Positions 1-13,274 of a stretch of DNA of 64,000 nt are shown here, piece by piece. Source of the DNA: Podarcis melisellensis. Lineage: Eukaryota. The stretch's first letter is position 1, and each line of letters begins with the position of its first letter. A model generated the notes under the pieces. It saw only the letters and a list, made by a program, of their open reading frames with translations, did not search any database and had not been told where the DNA came from. The position numbers and the translations under genes were made by a program. Location: assembly GCA_964234715.1 (NCBI GenBank), contig OZ174277.1. One strand, given 5' to 3'.

Positions 1-624
1 AATGGCAACATCTGCTGGCCCTGCTGTAGCTAAGATCAGAGATATCACACAGAAGCTGTGGTACAGCTACCAAAAGGTTTTCACCTGCTACGTACCTCCT
101 CCTTGCCTCCCCTCCCCTCACTATTTTATCTTATTTTCAAAACTGTAGTGCGTGCATGCACACAGAAACAAAGCAGAGTGCTTACGTTTAATAGCTGGGG
201 GATATAAGAGGATTCCAAGATATGGTCAGCACAGGCCTCTCAATCACTAATAAAATATTTAAATTCATATGCTTTGCGGGCAGGAAGTCAATGTAGAGCA
301 AAAGCTCAACAGTAATGTTATCTCTGGACCAAGCTCAGATGGCATAATGAGTAGCTGGATGCATTTTATCCATGCCTGAGTGGGATGGGCCAAAGCCATC
401 AGCTTCGCTCACTTGGAGGTACAAAAAACTCACTGTGTGGGCAGACTCTCGTGATGCTTCTCCATCTCTGGGTGATGTTGTGGTATCTTTATGCAGGAAG
501 CTCATACCTTACAGCAAGAGTGCCATAAATATTTCTTTATAAACGTAATACTTGCTTTACTCACAGAGACTTACAAACACAATAGAAATGCTAAAACCAA
601 TTACAATGAATACAATCAACTGTT

Positions 625-625
<1 letters not shown>

Positions 626-663
<38 letters not shown>
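626..663. repeat. (TAT)n microsatellite
   Basis: Direct observation. Confidence 0.95.
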
Positions 664-664
<1 letters not shown>

Positions 665-2677
665 AGTATTAATAATACAATCAACTAAAACAAAACAAAG
701 TAAACCTTTTGAAAGTAAACCTTTCAAATTAAGAGCCAAAAGCCGAGGTAAAAAGGAAGGCTTATGGTATTATTTGCCATAGGTGCCAAAATAACCTGTC
801 CAGCCTTAGGTTCTGTATACCATGACTTGTGTGAGGGCAGACGTGCCATCTGTTGTTCTGCCTTAGTCAGAAAAAAATATCTTGAGCCAGCTCAGTAGTT
901 AAACTGAGGTGTCACAGGCACCTACTGAAATAAGTGCTTTTTACCTCACAGCTTCCACCATTTTGAAACCACTTTTGCCTCAGAGTTTTCTTTTAATGTT
1001 TTTCTGAATGTGAGGCATTCATCTAGCCTTGTGAAGTTTAGAAAAACATTCCCTTGTCTGCGATTAATAGCAGCAAGACCTCCGCCCCCGCTCCCCCGGT
1101 CCACAAACAAATAAAAAATAACCCAGAAACTTTTTTTAACCCTTGGTAAGTTTATGCCCCTTACATGGGGGGTGTGGAGGGAGGGTGCATTGCAGGGACG
1201 GAGAACCTGCAACCCTCCAGATATTGTTGAACTACAACTGCCATCATATCTGACAATTGTCCATGCTGGCTCGAACTGATGGGAGTTGGAGCCTAACAAC
1301 ATCTGGAGGGCCACAATTTATGGGGTATTGGGGTGCAAGAAAAGTACTTCTTTAGTGTTGGGAAGAAACCCCTTTTGCTGTTGCCACAGCCACAGACCCT
1401 GGCTTCCCAAAGCATCCCTTTATTTATTAGGGTAGGAAGTTACAGTTGGTGTTCCCATGATGTGTGGAAGATAAAAGAGCGGGTGAATTTGCTCCAGAGT
1501 TCTGCTAGGTCAAAAGATACTCAACAGAACAGAGGTCTGGCAGTCGTTTGCATATTACCCAATACTTGAGAGACAGACATTGTAAACGACAAGGCAACAT
1601 TCTTCAGCAGCCTTTTAATTCCTGGGAGGATCCCAGTCCCATTGCGACCAGTGGATGATTCTATTTTATTTTTTAAAGGAAAGGACATAACAAGACTATG
1701 GTGTTCCATGGAGCCAGAGAGCTCTTTCGTAAAACAGAGGGCCCCTGTTTAATCTTCAAATCACGATATTTAAAATGTTATTGTGTTGGCTGAACATTGT
1801 GTGTGAAGTGACTGTTTCAAGGCCCTTCACTTCAGAGCAAGCAAGACTGGAAGAGCTGGCCTGTAGTCTATGCCTGCCAAAGCCCAGTGCTGATGGAAAG
1901 CCCAAGGCTGAGTTGAAGTGCAATTCTGCACACTTAATAGCTTATCTAGTAACTAATGCTGAAGTCACCCGAACTGCAACTGCTGCCTGCCAGTCTTTAC
2001 CCTGCTCTGCAGATATTATACAAACCTCTATGTGCCAGGCCTGGCTTATTCTCCCTGTGATGAAGGAACACAGCCTTCTCTAGTGGTTAGACCTCAAGAA
2101 TTGGACTCCTTGTGTATTATGGGCTATGTATTCATTCATGCACCAAGCACATTACACTGAGTGTGTCAGACAGGAGTTCAAGCTGGGTGCTGTCCCTGAG
2201 CTCAGGCTGAAGGAGGCACGTGCAAGAACCTCATGAATCTTAACAGGCCAGGATAACTCATGAGACAAAATACAGTTCTCTACAATTGCTAAACAGGCCT
2301 GCTATCTGGTCTGAAAAAGTTACTTTGCCAGTCTCTGTTCCCTATCACAGACTTGCCTCAGTATTGGCTCTTCCAGTGCTTTGCATATACTTAGCTAGAA
2401 CCCTGCTCCTTATTTGATAGTTCAGGAGTAGAGCACATATGAAGTTTAGCATAACTTATTATGTGTGTGTGCTGCCAGGCAGAGTAGCTAGTGCTGGACT
2501 GGATGGACTAATTGTCTGACTCAGGATAAGGTAGCAGCTTATGTTTCGTTCTGTCTTTTCCTCCACAAACTCTTCTGCATCTGGCTCTGACAGCTTGTGA
2601 CCTCTCTTTCAGGGATGTATTGAGGCCATACACAGTAGAAGCTGTAAACAATCCTGCAAACTCTCTGAAACAGAAAG

Positions 2678-2830
2678 AGCCATTGTGGTGGTGTGGTGGT
2701 TAAGACAGTCAGATTAGGACTGAGGAGGGTCCAATGGCCACTCAGCCATGAAACCAGTGGGGTGACCCTGGGCCAACCCATATCTCCCCATCTAGCCCAC
2801 CTCACAGAATTGTTGCAAGGATAAAATGGT
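2678..2830 (+). mobile_element. Old tRNA-derived MIR/CORE-like SINE (similar fragment 9800-9860)
   Basis: tggtgtggtggttaaga A-box; gtgaccctgggccaa and acctcacagaattgttgcaaggataaaatg CORE-like segments. Confidence 0.6.
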
Positions 2831-5635
2831 GTATTGGAGGTGAGGGCCCACAGAACTTATTGAAGGAAGAGCCAGATAAAATGTAACGAATAGATAAATA
2901 TACCTGTTGTCAGAGATGAAGGAGCCTCAAACTATGCTTTTAAAACCAGTGAGACAAATGTCCACTGTCTTGCCTGTGAAAGGTGTGTCTGATAACAATC
3001 ATTACTTGCAGCTCCACGTATTGTCAGAAGAAAGGAGTTAATTTGAAGTTTAAATAAACCTCCAGTTCAGCACTCCTCTCTCTATGCTTCGGTGCCAGAA
3101 GGAAATCCCCTTTCAGTGCTGGTTACCAACTGTGCAGATTAGTAAGGTCTTACGTGAGCTAAACAGTTTTTAAAAATTGACATCTCTTGCTGTGGTAGGA
3201 GCATATCATTAAGGGCTATTTAGACAAAGAACATAATAAAAGGATCAAAGCCCTCCTATCCTAAGGGAGAAAAGCAGCAATCTCATTCCCACTATAAACA
3301 TTTTGTGCCTTTGTTTTGAAGATTGTAAAAGCTTGCTTTCTCCATTTCCACTTCTCTGCTTCTAGAGGAATGGAGCTCACCTGACTGTGGTTTCATAATT
3401 AAGGCTTTAAATTTTAGCAGCTTATAGAAATAGCTTCCACCTAGAATGTAAGGGCTATTGAATGAAATAAAAAGCACAAGTTTGGTCCCCAAATCCATTT
3501 TGTTTATAACCAATATGGAATTGCTGCTGCTCATAGCCATTTCTGTAGTGCTACCAGAAATTGCAAGTACTACCGTTAGGCTGAGTCAGGTTGATTACTT
3601 CAGGTGGCAGATTTGCGGGAGCCTTTAAGCAGGGGATAGTAAACTGACAATTCTTACCCCATTGTAGAACCACTCGGATTTTCTGCTTCAGAGGCCAAAT
3701 GTATTGGGCTGTCTTTACAGGATGCTGTGGTCTGAGCAGACTTTTGCCTACACCAATGATGGGGAAAGCCAATGGGATCTCTTGCAGCTACAGTGCAGTG
3801 AAACAATAATCTTAAGAAGGTTCAGGAACTAAATATTATTATTAAGGGTAGAACTGTGGGAGGGAGCAGAGACACATTTTATGTCAGTCTACAAATAAAG
3901 AATGGGACGTAGCTGTAGTAGGGTCACTGTGTAGAGAAATGTCTCCCTTTCCCAAATAATTCATGAAAAGGGTGCACGGTGTTTGCTAGGCCCTTCCTCT
4001 TTCAGGTTTTCCAGAATTCTTGTGGAAGCCCTTTTTTCTGAGGGGCAGAAAGGAAAGCCTTATTTCTGAATTGTTTGACAGCCAGAATATTCACAGAGGG
4101 CTTTGGATTCACATGACCAACCTGGAAACAACGTAGTTCAAATGCTAGCCAGCCAGTAACTATGTTACTTTCTAGCTGTTATATATCCCAAACAGCATGC
4201 ACAAAAAGCCTAGAATTCAAAGTAATGGGGCACGTTCATTTTCCAATAGCGTGATTTTGGAATAATCAAATGAGCTCTGACTCATTGTTTGTATGTTTCT
4301 GGGGCTGGCAACAAAGGAAGGAAAGGAATAATACAAGATTCAGTTGCATCTCCAGAGAAAGCTGTAATTAGCTGATTGAAAAGGAATTTGGCCTGAACAT
4401 CCAGTTAACATCCCATGGTTTTGGCCATGATAACCTAGTATTCGGTCAAGTAGAGAGAGCTGTAACTTCCCTGAAGACTGGCTGGAGTCTTTTGGTTAAC
4501 GTAATATTTTCCCATTCTGGCCATGATCCCAAACACACTCATTTGTAAGTGAGCATCACAGATTTCCATGTGATTCTTAAATCTGTGATATTTAGCAAGA
4601 AATATCTTTAGGAAGAAGGGGTACTCAGTGTAGCTCAGTTGAATATGTCATACACAAATATAAACAAACCTTTAGTCACCCGTTTCACTAGCATAAAATA
4701 ATTGATGCTTTCTTTTTCAGGCAGTAAGACCACATTCTCTACCTGTGGAAGGTCAGACTGAATGGCTCAAGACTTTGATATCAATTCTCTGCTTAGGTAA
4801 GTCCCCCCCCCCATTTTTCCATGCCAATTTCAACTCCCACTCTCCCTTATGCACCAACCTGTACATTCATGCACAGAATCAGCATAAAAATGCACATCTT
4901 CCCACATCTTTAAAGGCTGGACCATACTTGTTCAATTGGACCACCGTGATCCTGCAAATCACATTAACTGCACATCTTCAAGGAAGATGCCATTTCTCAC
5001 AAACAATTCCTTCCCATAAACCTAGCCCAACAGCCATCCTGCATCCTCTCAAGATAGCACCCCCTCAGTGGTGAACTAGCCATAAGACTGCCAAGGAAGA
5101 AGAAAAGGGCTTGATTCTATTTTTCTAGAATCACAATACAAAATGCAAGGCAAATTTAGAGCAAATTCTCTCAGAGGCAAGTTGGAAATAAATGTTCCCA
5201 TGGCCAGATTGGTTAGTGAATGGTTTTGGGTTGTCCTTCCCTGAAACAGTTGAACTTGGCCCAGACACAATTTGCTATGTAATCACCTTTCTGCAATGCA
5301 CCTCCTCGGAGCTTGAGATTTACTGTTCAGAGCTGAGTATGTTGCTGTGCAGAGGACTGATGAATTGTGGCCCTGCTTTTCTTCATGCCATTATTGGGCT
5401 AGGTAGTTAGTGTGTTGCCTATAACTAATCAGTTTTACTCTGATTATGGCTTTATGGCTTTATGGCAATGCAGGAAATATCCAGACACCTCCCTCTCCTC
5501 CTCCTTCCCCCTGCTGCTACTAATTGCTCTTCTTCCTCTGTCCCAGGTGATAGAAGTAGAGGCAGAGCCATACTTTTAAATGTCTTACAGCACAACTTTA
5601 ATTCTAATCTTTTATTATACCTTGCAACATTTAAA

Positions 5636-5777
5636 CTGGCATGGGAAACCTGTGACCCTCCAGATATCATCATCAAACTACAACTCCCATCAGTCCCACC
5701 AAGAATAGCCAATGACCAGGGATACTGGGAGCTGTAGTTCAGCAACAGCTGGAGGGCCAGAGGTTCCCCTACACCTG
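5636..5777. mobile_element. Older copy of the palindromic actacaactcccat MITE family (others near 1200-1325, 12970-13105, 16171-16306, 19290-19390, 29330-29455, 54705-54815)
   Basis: Shared core ctccagat..actacaactcccatca...gggagttgtagt..ctggagggcca. Flanked by atttaaa direct repeats. Confidence 0.75.
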
Positions 5778-6106
5778 ATTTAAAAGGTAACCTTGTTGCT
5801 GGTTATATGTTTCATGTGAATTACTTTGAGGGGTTTTACAACTCCCAGTGTTCTATAAAACATCACAGATTCATGGATAAGAGTTGTCCTCAGAGCATCC
5901 AAGGGTTACTGTTTAAATAACCTCTCTAGGGCTGATCTGTGTGAGCCTGCGCAGCTACTGGAATTGTGCTTCCAACATCCAGATACAAAGGCATGCATCT
6001 CGCTCTGCAGGAGGGTGGAGGACCAGACCTGTTTGTTTCCTTGCTTCAAGAAGGCTGAATATCCTCATGTGCAACTAGCCTAGATCATACTAAGAGGGGA
6101 GAAACA

Positions 6107-6364
6107 CATACTTGCCAAGTGTCCTGTTTTAAGTGGGACATCCCAGATCACAGAAGCCAATCCCGGCTTCTCTTTGGATGAAAGACTGTCCCGTTTTTGG
6201 GCCTGGTGGTCTGGCACAAGTCAGACCACCAGAGTCTGGTCCACCAGAGCGCTGGACCAGAAGGTGCTGTGGCATGATCCTTCTGCCAATTGCCAGAGTG
6301 CCAGACCAGAATGTGTGCCCCTCCTGACATCCTGATTTTGGGGGTGGAAATATTGGAGGGTATG
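6107..6364. mobile_element. Probable MITE in the GREM2 intron
   Basis: Imperfect TIRs catacttgccaa / ttggagggtatg around a GC-richer interior. Explains the cluster of spurious ORFs at 6129-6431. Confidence 0.45.
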
Positions 6365-6559
6365 CAAACAGTGGGGAACATTGTGTTTCTTCTATGCTGT
6401 ACGTGTTTGTTCTTCTATCTATTAGGGCCACTTAGAATAAGTGCTCTGGTGGTTTATTACCAAATCTTGGCATGTCTTTTCTTTTCCTTTTTTCACTTTA
6501 TGGATGACAATCTTATGCCTATGCATAAAAAGACACTGGCTATTTATTTATTTTTTTGA

Positions 6560-6598
6560 ACTTGCATCTTCTATCCTGATTGTCTTGTTTTATTGCAG
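6560..6598 (+). other. GREM2: Polypyrimidine tract and 3' splice acceptor of the GREM2 coding exon (non-coding first exon not identified in window)
   Basis: cttgcatcttctatcctgattgtcttgttttattgcAG ends at 6598. Known GREM2 genes have a 5' non-coding exon and a large intron. Confidence 0.85.
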
Positions 6599-6599
6599 G

Positions 6600-7112
6600 A
6601 TGATTTGGAAACTAGCTTTCTCCTTGTTTCTTGTGTCTACTCTGGTTCAAGTGTCGGAAACCAGGAAGAATCGCCCTGCAGGAGCCATCCCCTCCCCGTA
6701 CAAAGATAGCAGAAGCAACAACTCGGAGCGGCGGCAGCATCTGCACAAAGAGGTGCTGGCCTCCAGCCAGGAGGCCCTGGTTGTCACAGAGAGGAAGTAC
6801 CTGAAAAGTGACTGGTGCAAAACGCAGGCCCTGAGGCAGACAGTCAGCGAGGAGGGCTGCCTCAGCCGCACCATCATCAACCGCTTCTGCTACGGGCAGT
6901 GCAACTCCTTCTATATCCCTCGCCACGTGAAAAAAGAGGAGGAGTCATTTCAGTCCTGCGCTTTCTGCAAGCCCCAGAAGGTGACCTCCTTCACAGTGGA
7001 GCTAGAATGCCCTGAACTAGACCCACCTTTCCGACTTAAGAAAATCCAGAAAGTCAAGCAATGTCGGTGCATGTCTGTGAACCTGAGCAGCGCAGGCAAG
7101 CAGCGAAAGTGA
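6600..7112 (+). CDS. GREM2: Gremlin-2 (PRDC), DAN-family cystine-knot BMP antagonist; complete CDS in one exon, 170 aa
   Basis: Translation MIWKLAFSLFLVSTLVQVSETRKNRPAGAIPSPYKD...EVLASSQEALVVTERKYLKSDWCKTQ...NRFCYGQCNSFYIPRHVKKEEESFQSCAFCKP...KVKQCRCMSVNL is recognisably GREM2: signal peptide, DAN cysteine pattern, and RKNRPAGAIPSPYKD which separates it from GREM1. The ATG at 6600 lies 1 nt after a splice acceptor (tttattgcAG|G ATG). The upstream part of the 223-aa ORF is intron. Confidence 0.98.
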   Translation: MIWKLAFSLFLVSTLVQVSETRKNRPAGAIPSPYKDSRSNNSERRQHLHKEVLASSQEALVVTERKYLKSDWCKTQALRQTVSEEGCLSRTIINRFCYGQCNSFYIPRHVKKEEESFQSCAFCKPQKVTSFTVELECPELDPPFRLKKIQKVKQCRCMSVNLSSAGKQRK

Positions 7113-9110
7113 GGGCTGGCAGCTGCCCCTGCCAGAGTCGCCATGGCCTCTCTTCCTTCACAGACAAACGAGATGGTTGTTTTTCCTCCTCCTGGTCGAG
7201 TCATTTCTGGAGCAGCGCCATTGGCCACCTGGAAGTAAAGGCTGCTTTGGCTGGTCTATTCAGAGGGTTCATAATCTATTTACCAAAGCAGATGTTTTGC
7301 CACTGGGTCTGTGTCACTCAAGGTGAAGCCCAGCATCAAATGTGGAAATGAACGTATGGGTGGCCAGGGGTTTAAATCCAAAATTAACACTTCCACTGTG
7401 TGGGAAACCTTTTGGCCTTCACTCCATCCATCCTTTTGGATGAAGAGAGAGGTCCAGTGAATTCTTCATAGCTTCTCCCTCTCATTTTGGGGACTTTTCA
7501 CTTCATTTTTGACTGCCTAATGCTGTTTTTCTTGGGCTGTAATGCTGACGTGAACACATATAGTAAAGAACAGTTATGGACAACTATGTTCTGTCTGGTC
7601 TGACTGATAAGGCACATGGGCCTTATCTTCCATGGAGATAATCAACCTGCCACTTTCCGACAGAGAAAGAGACCGAAAATGGATTTATGCATATTTTCAG
7701 CTAGATTGTCTCACGTTTCCACAGCAATGTTTCACTTGTAATGCAGCTATAGCAAATTGTTGTTAAACTTGTTAATATAGACATAACCACATATATTTTG
7801 GGCGATGACAAAGTATTTGAAGGGCTAAAACAAAACACCTTAATTGTTGGGCCAGATTATTCCCTGAAAATTACAGAGTTTTGCTAGTGTTTATTTTCTC
7901 AGTAGATTTTGCATTAATTTAATTTTTTCCTTCCATCAATTCCCTTACCCTAACCTGTGTTGAATCACTACTTTTGGGGAAGAAAACAACATTGTGTTTA
8001 ACCTATTGAAACACAGTAGCAGAAAAGCAAAATGCTGCATTTCTTTGTTACTGAGATGAACACCAAGAGTAATTTAAACCAATCGTTATTTCCAATGAAC
8101 AGAATTGTATCTATGTAGGGAAAATGTAATGTGTGAAGTGACCCAGTCATCCTGATTTCATTCAGTGTCTCATGCTAGGTTTTAGTATGTTCCAAATGTG
8201 GCCGTTGAGATTCCTAAATTGGTTGGGCAACACCAAAAGCCATGACCTATTGCGTATCTTGGAACTTTGCATTCACGGCAATTGGAGCTGAAGGAGTCCA
8301 ATGTTTTGAGGACTATTTTCCTATGCTCCCTCGGATATGACCACTAAAGGGGTTAACAAAATTGTTTGCTTCGAGCTGTGGGTTTGGTGCCAACTCAAGG
8401 GTTCAGTGGCACAGTTCTCTATTATGTGAGACCGGCTGTTTTAAGAGGCTTTGGGGGACTGATCTCTGTTAGTGCTCACCAATCGGTTTATGGGGATTGG
8501 CACGGGTAGGAGGGATTGGGCAGGTATGCTGGCCCTATATAATTTCCCCCCCTCCCTTGGTGTTACACAATGGCAGATCTGCAGTTGGGAATGCACAGCA
8601 GAGAAGGCTGAGGCTTGGTTTGGAGATTGCCATTGTCGAACATTATTCCACTACTTACTCTAAGGTTTACCAAAGCACAGTTTGGACAAAGTGGAAGGGA
8701 GAGGAAGATTCGAGTGCCTGTAGCGTAATGCACACACTTTTATGGGTTAGGATGGCTGCCTCTTGAAGAAATGAAACCTAATATCGGGTTCCTCGGGCTG
8801 GAAAACAGTAACTGTTCAGTAACCACATGAGGAAAAATGTGAAAAGAAAGCATCCTGTAGGGGGGTGGGCTCCTTACCAATTTGTGATAAAAAAAGAGAT
8901 ATATGCTGCAGGAGGGGGCATGTGCCCTTTGGTTAGTTGATGCTTAAATGAAAGAGTTGAGTTGACCTTGTAATGGTTCATACTATTTAAATTTTTGTTT
9001 TATAAATGAAAACAAAATGGAAGAAATGTTATAACTATAATGTAATTATTTTATAGGTGTATTATTGTTAAATTATAGAACAAATAAAGATACTCTAGGA
9101 ATATATGGAA
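7113..9110 (+). other. GREM2: GREM2 3'UTR with probable poly(A) signal AATAAA at 9083-9088
   Basis: No recognisable repeats after the stop codon. An AU-rich block (8985-9090) ends in AATAAA. The end position is inferred. Confidence 0.6.
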
Positions 9111-10146
9111 TTCATACAATCCTTGCATCATTTCATATTCTACAGGGTTCAAGCACTACCTTCGTTGGGGAGTTTCCATCGTCTACTTAATTTAAATATT
9201 GTTGTACACCACCCCAGTTTCCAAGCGGGGCAAGATTCCAGGGGTTCCAGGCATTTGCCCAGCACAGTGGAGACATTGATGTCTTTATGATATATGGTTT
9301 ATTTACACATGTATGCAACCTGAACCTGTGATGGAGGGATTTGCAGCCCAAAAGGGTCCTGTTTCTTTCATAGCCACAGCTTTGGATTCAAGCAGAAATC
9401 AGCCTTTTCTCTTTCTGCCTTTTCTCTCTCTACCTTTTCAGCCTGCTGCGTTTTTGCATCTAGCTTCTAGCACACATAACTCCTTCCCTTCCTCTTTTTA
9501 CTCTAAACCTTGTCTTTGTCTGTTGACTGAGGGGGCTCCATGCTTTTGTTGCTCTCCCCCCTTGAGCATTTGTTCTTTTAATGGTCCATCACCCAGGCAA
9601 TCACCTCAACACAGGAAGTTAGCCTGGCTTAATTAGCTTTGATTAAATGTTAACATTTGATGAATCCAGAAATTAGGGGTGTGTGGCAAACTCATAACAC
9701 TATTTATCATGTTAAAATAAACCAGAATTGCAGTGGAATTAATTGGGCGAGGACCTGAGAGAATGAGAAAATCACCACCTGGTCATAAAACACAGTGTTT
9801 GACCTTGGGCCAATCACTGTCTCTCAGCCTAACTTCCCCCTCAGGGTTGTTGTGAGGATGTTCATTGAATGGCCAGAGGCATGGCTAAATGTGCATGTGT
9901 GTGACATTCATATTTTTAAATATTGGGAAGATTGCACAATTTTCTCTGAATTAATTATTTTCAAACCAACCAGCCTAATACCACACTTAGTTGGCATGGA
10001 TTAAAAATAGCCGGTTTACCTTCTCAACACACATTGACAGTATTATGGAGAGCACTCTAGGATTCACTGCAAGCTTCAGCCATATCTGAGCATTGCACAC
10101 AGGGTTAAGGAAAGCATGCGAGTGGGAAGTGGGGCCAGGCCAAGTA

Positions 10147-10387
10147 AGTGGTACCTCGGGTTAAGTACTTAATTCGTTCCAGAGGTCCGTTCTCAACCTG
10201 AAACTGTTCTTAACCTGAAGCACCACTTTAGCTAATGGGGCCTCCTGCTGCTGCCGGGCCACCAGAGCATGATTTCTGTTCTCATCCTGAAGCAAAGTTC
10301 TTAATCTGAAGCACTATTTCTGGGTTAACGGAGTCTGTAACCTGAAGCATATGTAACCTGAGGCGTATGTAACCCGAGGTACCACTG
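10147..10387. mobile_element. Tc1/mariner (Tigger/pogo-like) MITE
   Basis: TIRs agtggtacctcgggtta / taacccgaggtaccactg, flanked by TA. Internal repeated taacctgaag motifs. Confidence 0.85.
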
Positions 10388-10879
10388 TATTCCTACCTTC
10401 AGTGTCCATGCATACAATGCAAACATTTAGAGAGCACTCACGTATCTAGGCTTCCACATGAACTGGAACTCAGTAATATTGGTACTAGGTAGCTTTGAGG
10501 CTTGTCTGTGTGAAGGCTGTCTTCCTGTTGACATTTGTGTGTGTGTGGCTACATTTCCTCCTTTACCATGTAACACAGTGGTAGAGCACTGTTTTGCATA
10601 CAAAGGTCCCAGTTTCTCCAACTTCGGAATTTTTCTTTTCTAAAACCCTGGAGCAGCACTCAGGATTTACAATATCAAGTTGGAGGAACCTGTCTAAGTT
10701 ACCTTCTGTGTTCCTACACAATGTCCAGATAGGATTTTTGTGAATAATAAAAGGTGTTCATATATTAATGGTAACATATGAAGAACAGTTCACATTCATA
10801 TGAACCCTGCTCACCTAGGAAGGAGGAATCAGAAGCATCCGCTGCTTTCCTCTTCTTTCTCCATCCACCCAACTATATA

Positions 10880-11113
10880 CAGTCATACCTTGGATCCTAA
10901 ACACCTTGGTACTTGTTTTGGCTCCCAAACGCCACAAACCCAGAAGTGAGTGTTCTGGTTTGCTAACCCAAACATCTAATGGGGCTTCCACAGCATCCGA
11001 TTGGCTGCAGGGGCTTCCTGCAGCCAATCAGAAGCTGCACTTTGGTTTCTGAACATTTTGGAAGTCGAACAGACTGCCGTAATGGATTCCCTTTGACTTC
11101 CAAGATACGACTG
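10880..11113. mobile_element. Tc1/mariner (Tigger-like) MITE, second family
   Basis: TIRs cagtcataccttgga / tccaagatacgactg (2 mismatches), TA on both sides. Confidence 0.8.
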
Positions 11114-11996
11114 TAGTCTTTGTACTGCAAATTTCTATTTATTTATTTTTACTCCTGGCATAAGGGGCTTCAGGTTCAAAACAGCATCTGTGTATGAACA
11201 AGAGACAAAGCCAATTGATGTTAAACCCCTGTAGAATGAAGCATCTGTGGTGCCCGCTCCTAGAATATTTAGGTTGTGCATCTCTACCTGGGAGTAAATC
11301 CTACTGACCTTAGAAGAACTTACTTCCAATCAAACATGCATAGGACTGGGCTGATGTTTTCTAAACCGGAACTTGGTGAGGTTTAACGAAAATCTATAAT
11401 GGAAGAATTCCACTGTACTGGAAAAGAAGAATTCTGCTTGGAAGAATAAGTAAAAGCACAGAACTGCAATCAGATCCCGGTTATATCTGGAACTGAGCAG
11501 CATCTTTCATAAACCACACTGAACATTCACACAGAGGCAGTCTTGCACAAATATAACTAAGGAAAGTTCATGGGTCTAGGGAGAGAAATTAGTTATGGGA
11601 GCTCATGGCTTGAGCTCTACTGCACATGATCTTGTGAACTCTACAATAATGCTCTATTTTTCTCTCTTGACACAATATGCTGCAGACAGGTATTGAATTG
11701 CTGTTCCTCAGTATAGCACCTCCTGTCCTAATGTCCACATATTGTGGAAGGGAGAACAAGGGCTAATACACACATCTTGATTTGTGATACCACCATCTTA
11801 ATCCTGTTTTCATGTAAGATGCCTTGACTGGTAAGCAGCTATGGTAAAAAGGTAGGGGCATAAAATAAAAAAAAAAATGTGAGATTCCTCTGAATGCCAG
11901 GTGCTGTGAGAATTTTTTGGGGTGGCTGCTATTGGAAACAGGATGGCAGAATACATCGACATTAGTCTTAAAAATGCCTAGAGGTCTTTATATTTT

Positions 11997-12333
11997 AAGG
12001 TACAGGTAAAGGGACCCCTGACCATTAGGTCCAGTCGTGGCCGACTCTGGGGTTGCAGCACTCATCTCACTCTATAGACCGAGGGAGCCGGCGTTTGTTT
12101 GCAGACAGCTTCCGGGTCATGTGACCAGCATGACAAAGGCGCTTCTGGCGAACCAGAGCAGCGCACGGAAACGCCGGAGTGGTACATATTTATCTACTTG
12201 CACTTTGATTTGCTTTCGAACTGCTAGGTTGGCAGGAGCAGGGACCGAACAACGGGAGCTCACCCCATCGCAGGATTCGAACCGCCGACCTTCTGATTGG
12301 CAAGTCCTAAGCTCTGTGGTTTAACCCACAGCG
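11997..12333 (-). mobile_element. Sauria SINE, near full length
   Basis: Reverse-complement (ACCTTT)-type tail aaggtacaggtaaagggacccctgaccattaggtccagtcg...; tRNA-derived head with ggttcgaatcc B-box on the minus strand. Highly similar to copies at 52951 and 56151. Confidence 0.9.
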
Positions 12334-13274
12334 TGGTATACAAATTAGGTTAAATAAAAATAGTTAATCCACCTTTCTCTCCATATGTTCTGAATGGCAA
12401 CTCCAAGGAGCTCAGACAACATGTGTTGTTCTAATTCAAGGCAATTTATGTTCTTAAGAAAAAGTCACATCCCTAGGTATTCCAGTTAAGAGAGAGAGAG
12501 ACTTTCAACTCTTGTGTAGTAGAACACAGAGGTGTACATTGGATTTGGATGAATCCTGAGCTGAAATGGGCCACTTCCACAGGTTTGGGACTCATCTGCA
12601 CCAAATAAGGCTCTCTCTAAAGTGTGAGGACCTTGGAAGTGGTTCAGCGTTCTTTGAGGATTCAAACCAAGCACTGCAGACAAAAGTACCAAAAAGTGAA
12701 ACATTTCTCCCCAAACTTGAGTACAAGAGTCTGTGGAAAATGTGGTATATAAACAAGCTAACTATGATTATGAACATATAAGGGAAATATTAAGGTAGGG
12801 AGAGCGTGAGATATAATTATTTTGTAACTGGCATATCTTGCTTCTCTCAGACACAATGATTTTACCAGGACTATCCTGTCAAAAATGTTTTGCAAAGAAG
12901 GGATGTCAAAGGAATACACCCAGAAGAAGTCTTTACAAGCTGCTCAAATTCAAACTCTTCTTTTTGATCAGGTAACCTGTGGACATCCAAATGTTGGTGG
13001 ACCAGCACTCCAATAACACCTGATCATAGGCTATGCTGGCTGGGGCTGATGGGAGATGGAGTCCAACACCACCTGAAGGGCCACATGCGACTTTGGTTTC
13101 CCCATCCTTTTAGTTTATACCCAAAACACTTGCAGCAGAAAAATTTAATAGAAAGAACTACTGAATCAAGGATCAGAAATGCTTTTCGGTAGTTGACATA
13201 AACCAGACTGGGAGTCTGTGAGGGAATGAACGCTTAATTCATAAACAAGTGTCTTGTGCTTTTCAGACATTAGC

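Noticed and set aside
146-170. gcgtgcatgcacacagaaa resembling stem II of the Penelope hammerhead
   Set aside because: No CUGANGA core or other element sequence; a simple purine-pyrimidine repeat.
491-782. Poly-Y and poly-I ORFs (also 20123-20438, 41432-41647, 26096-26278)
   Set aside because: Translations of microsatellites.
843-858. Weaker CTCF-like motifs (also 6-21, 28383-28398)
   Set aside because: Mismatches in core positions; expected by chance in 64 kb.
6441-6599. 53-aa N-terminal extension of GREM2 in the ORF track (223 aa)
   Set aside because: Starts at a GTG and runs through a polypyrimidine tract and AG acceptor. The real start is ATG 6600, which gives a normal signal peptide.
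6612-7351. Overlapping and antisense ORFs across GREM2
   Set aside because: Shadow ORFs of a GC-rich exon with no recognisable protein features.
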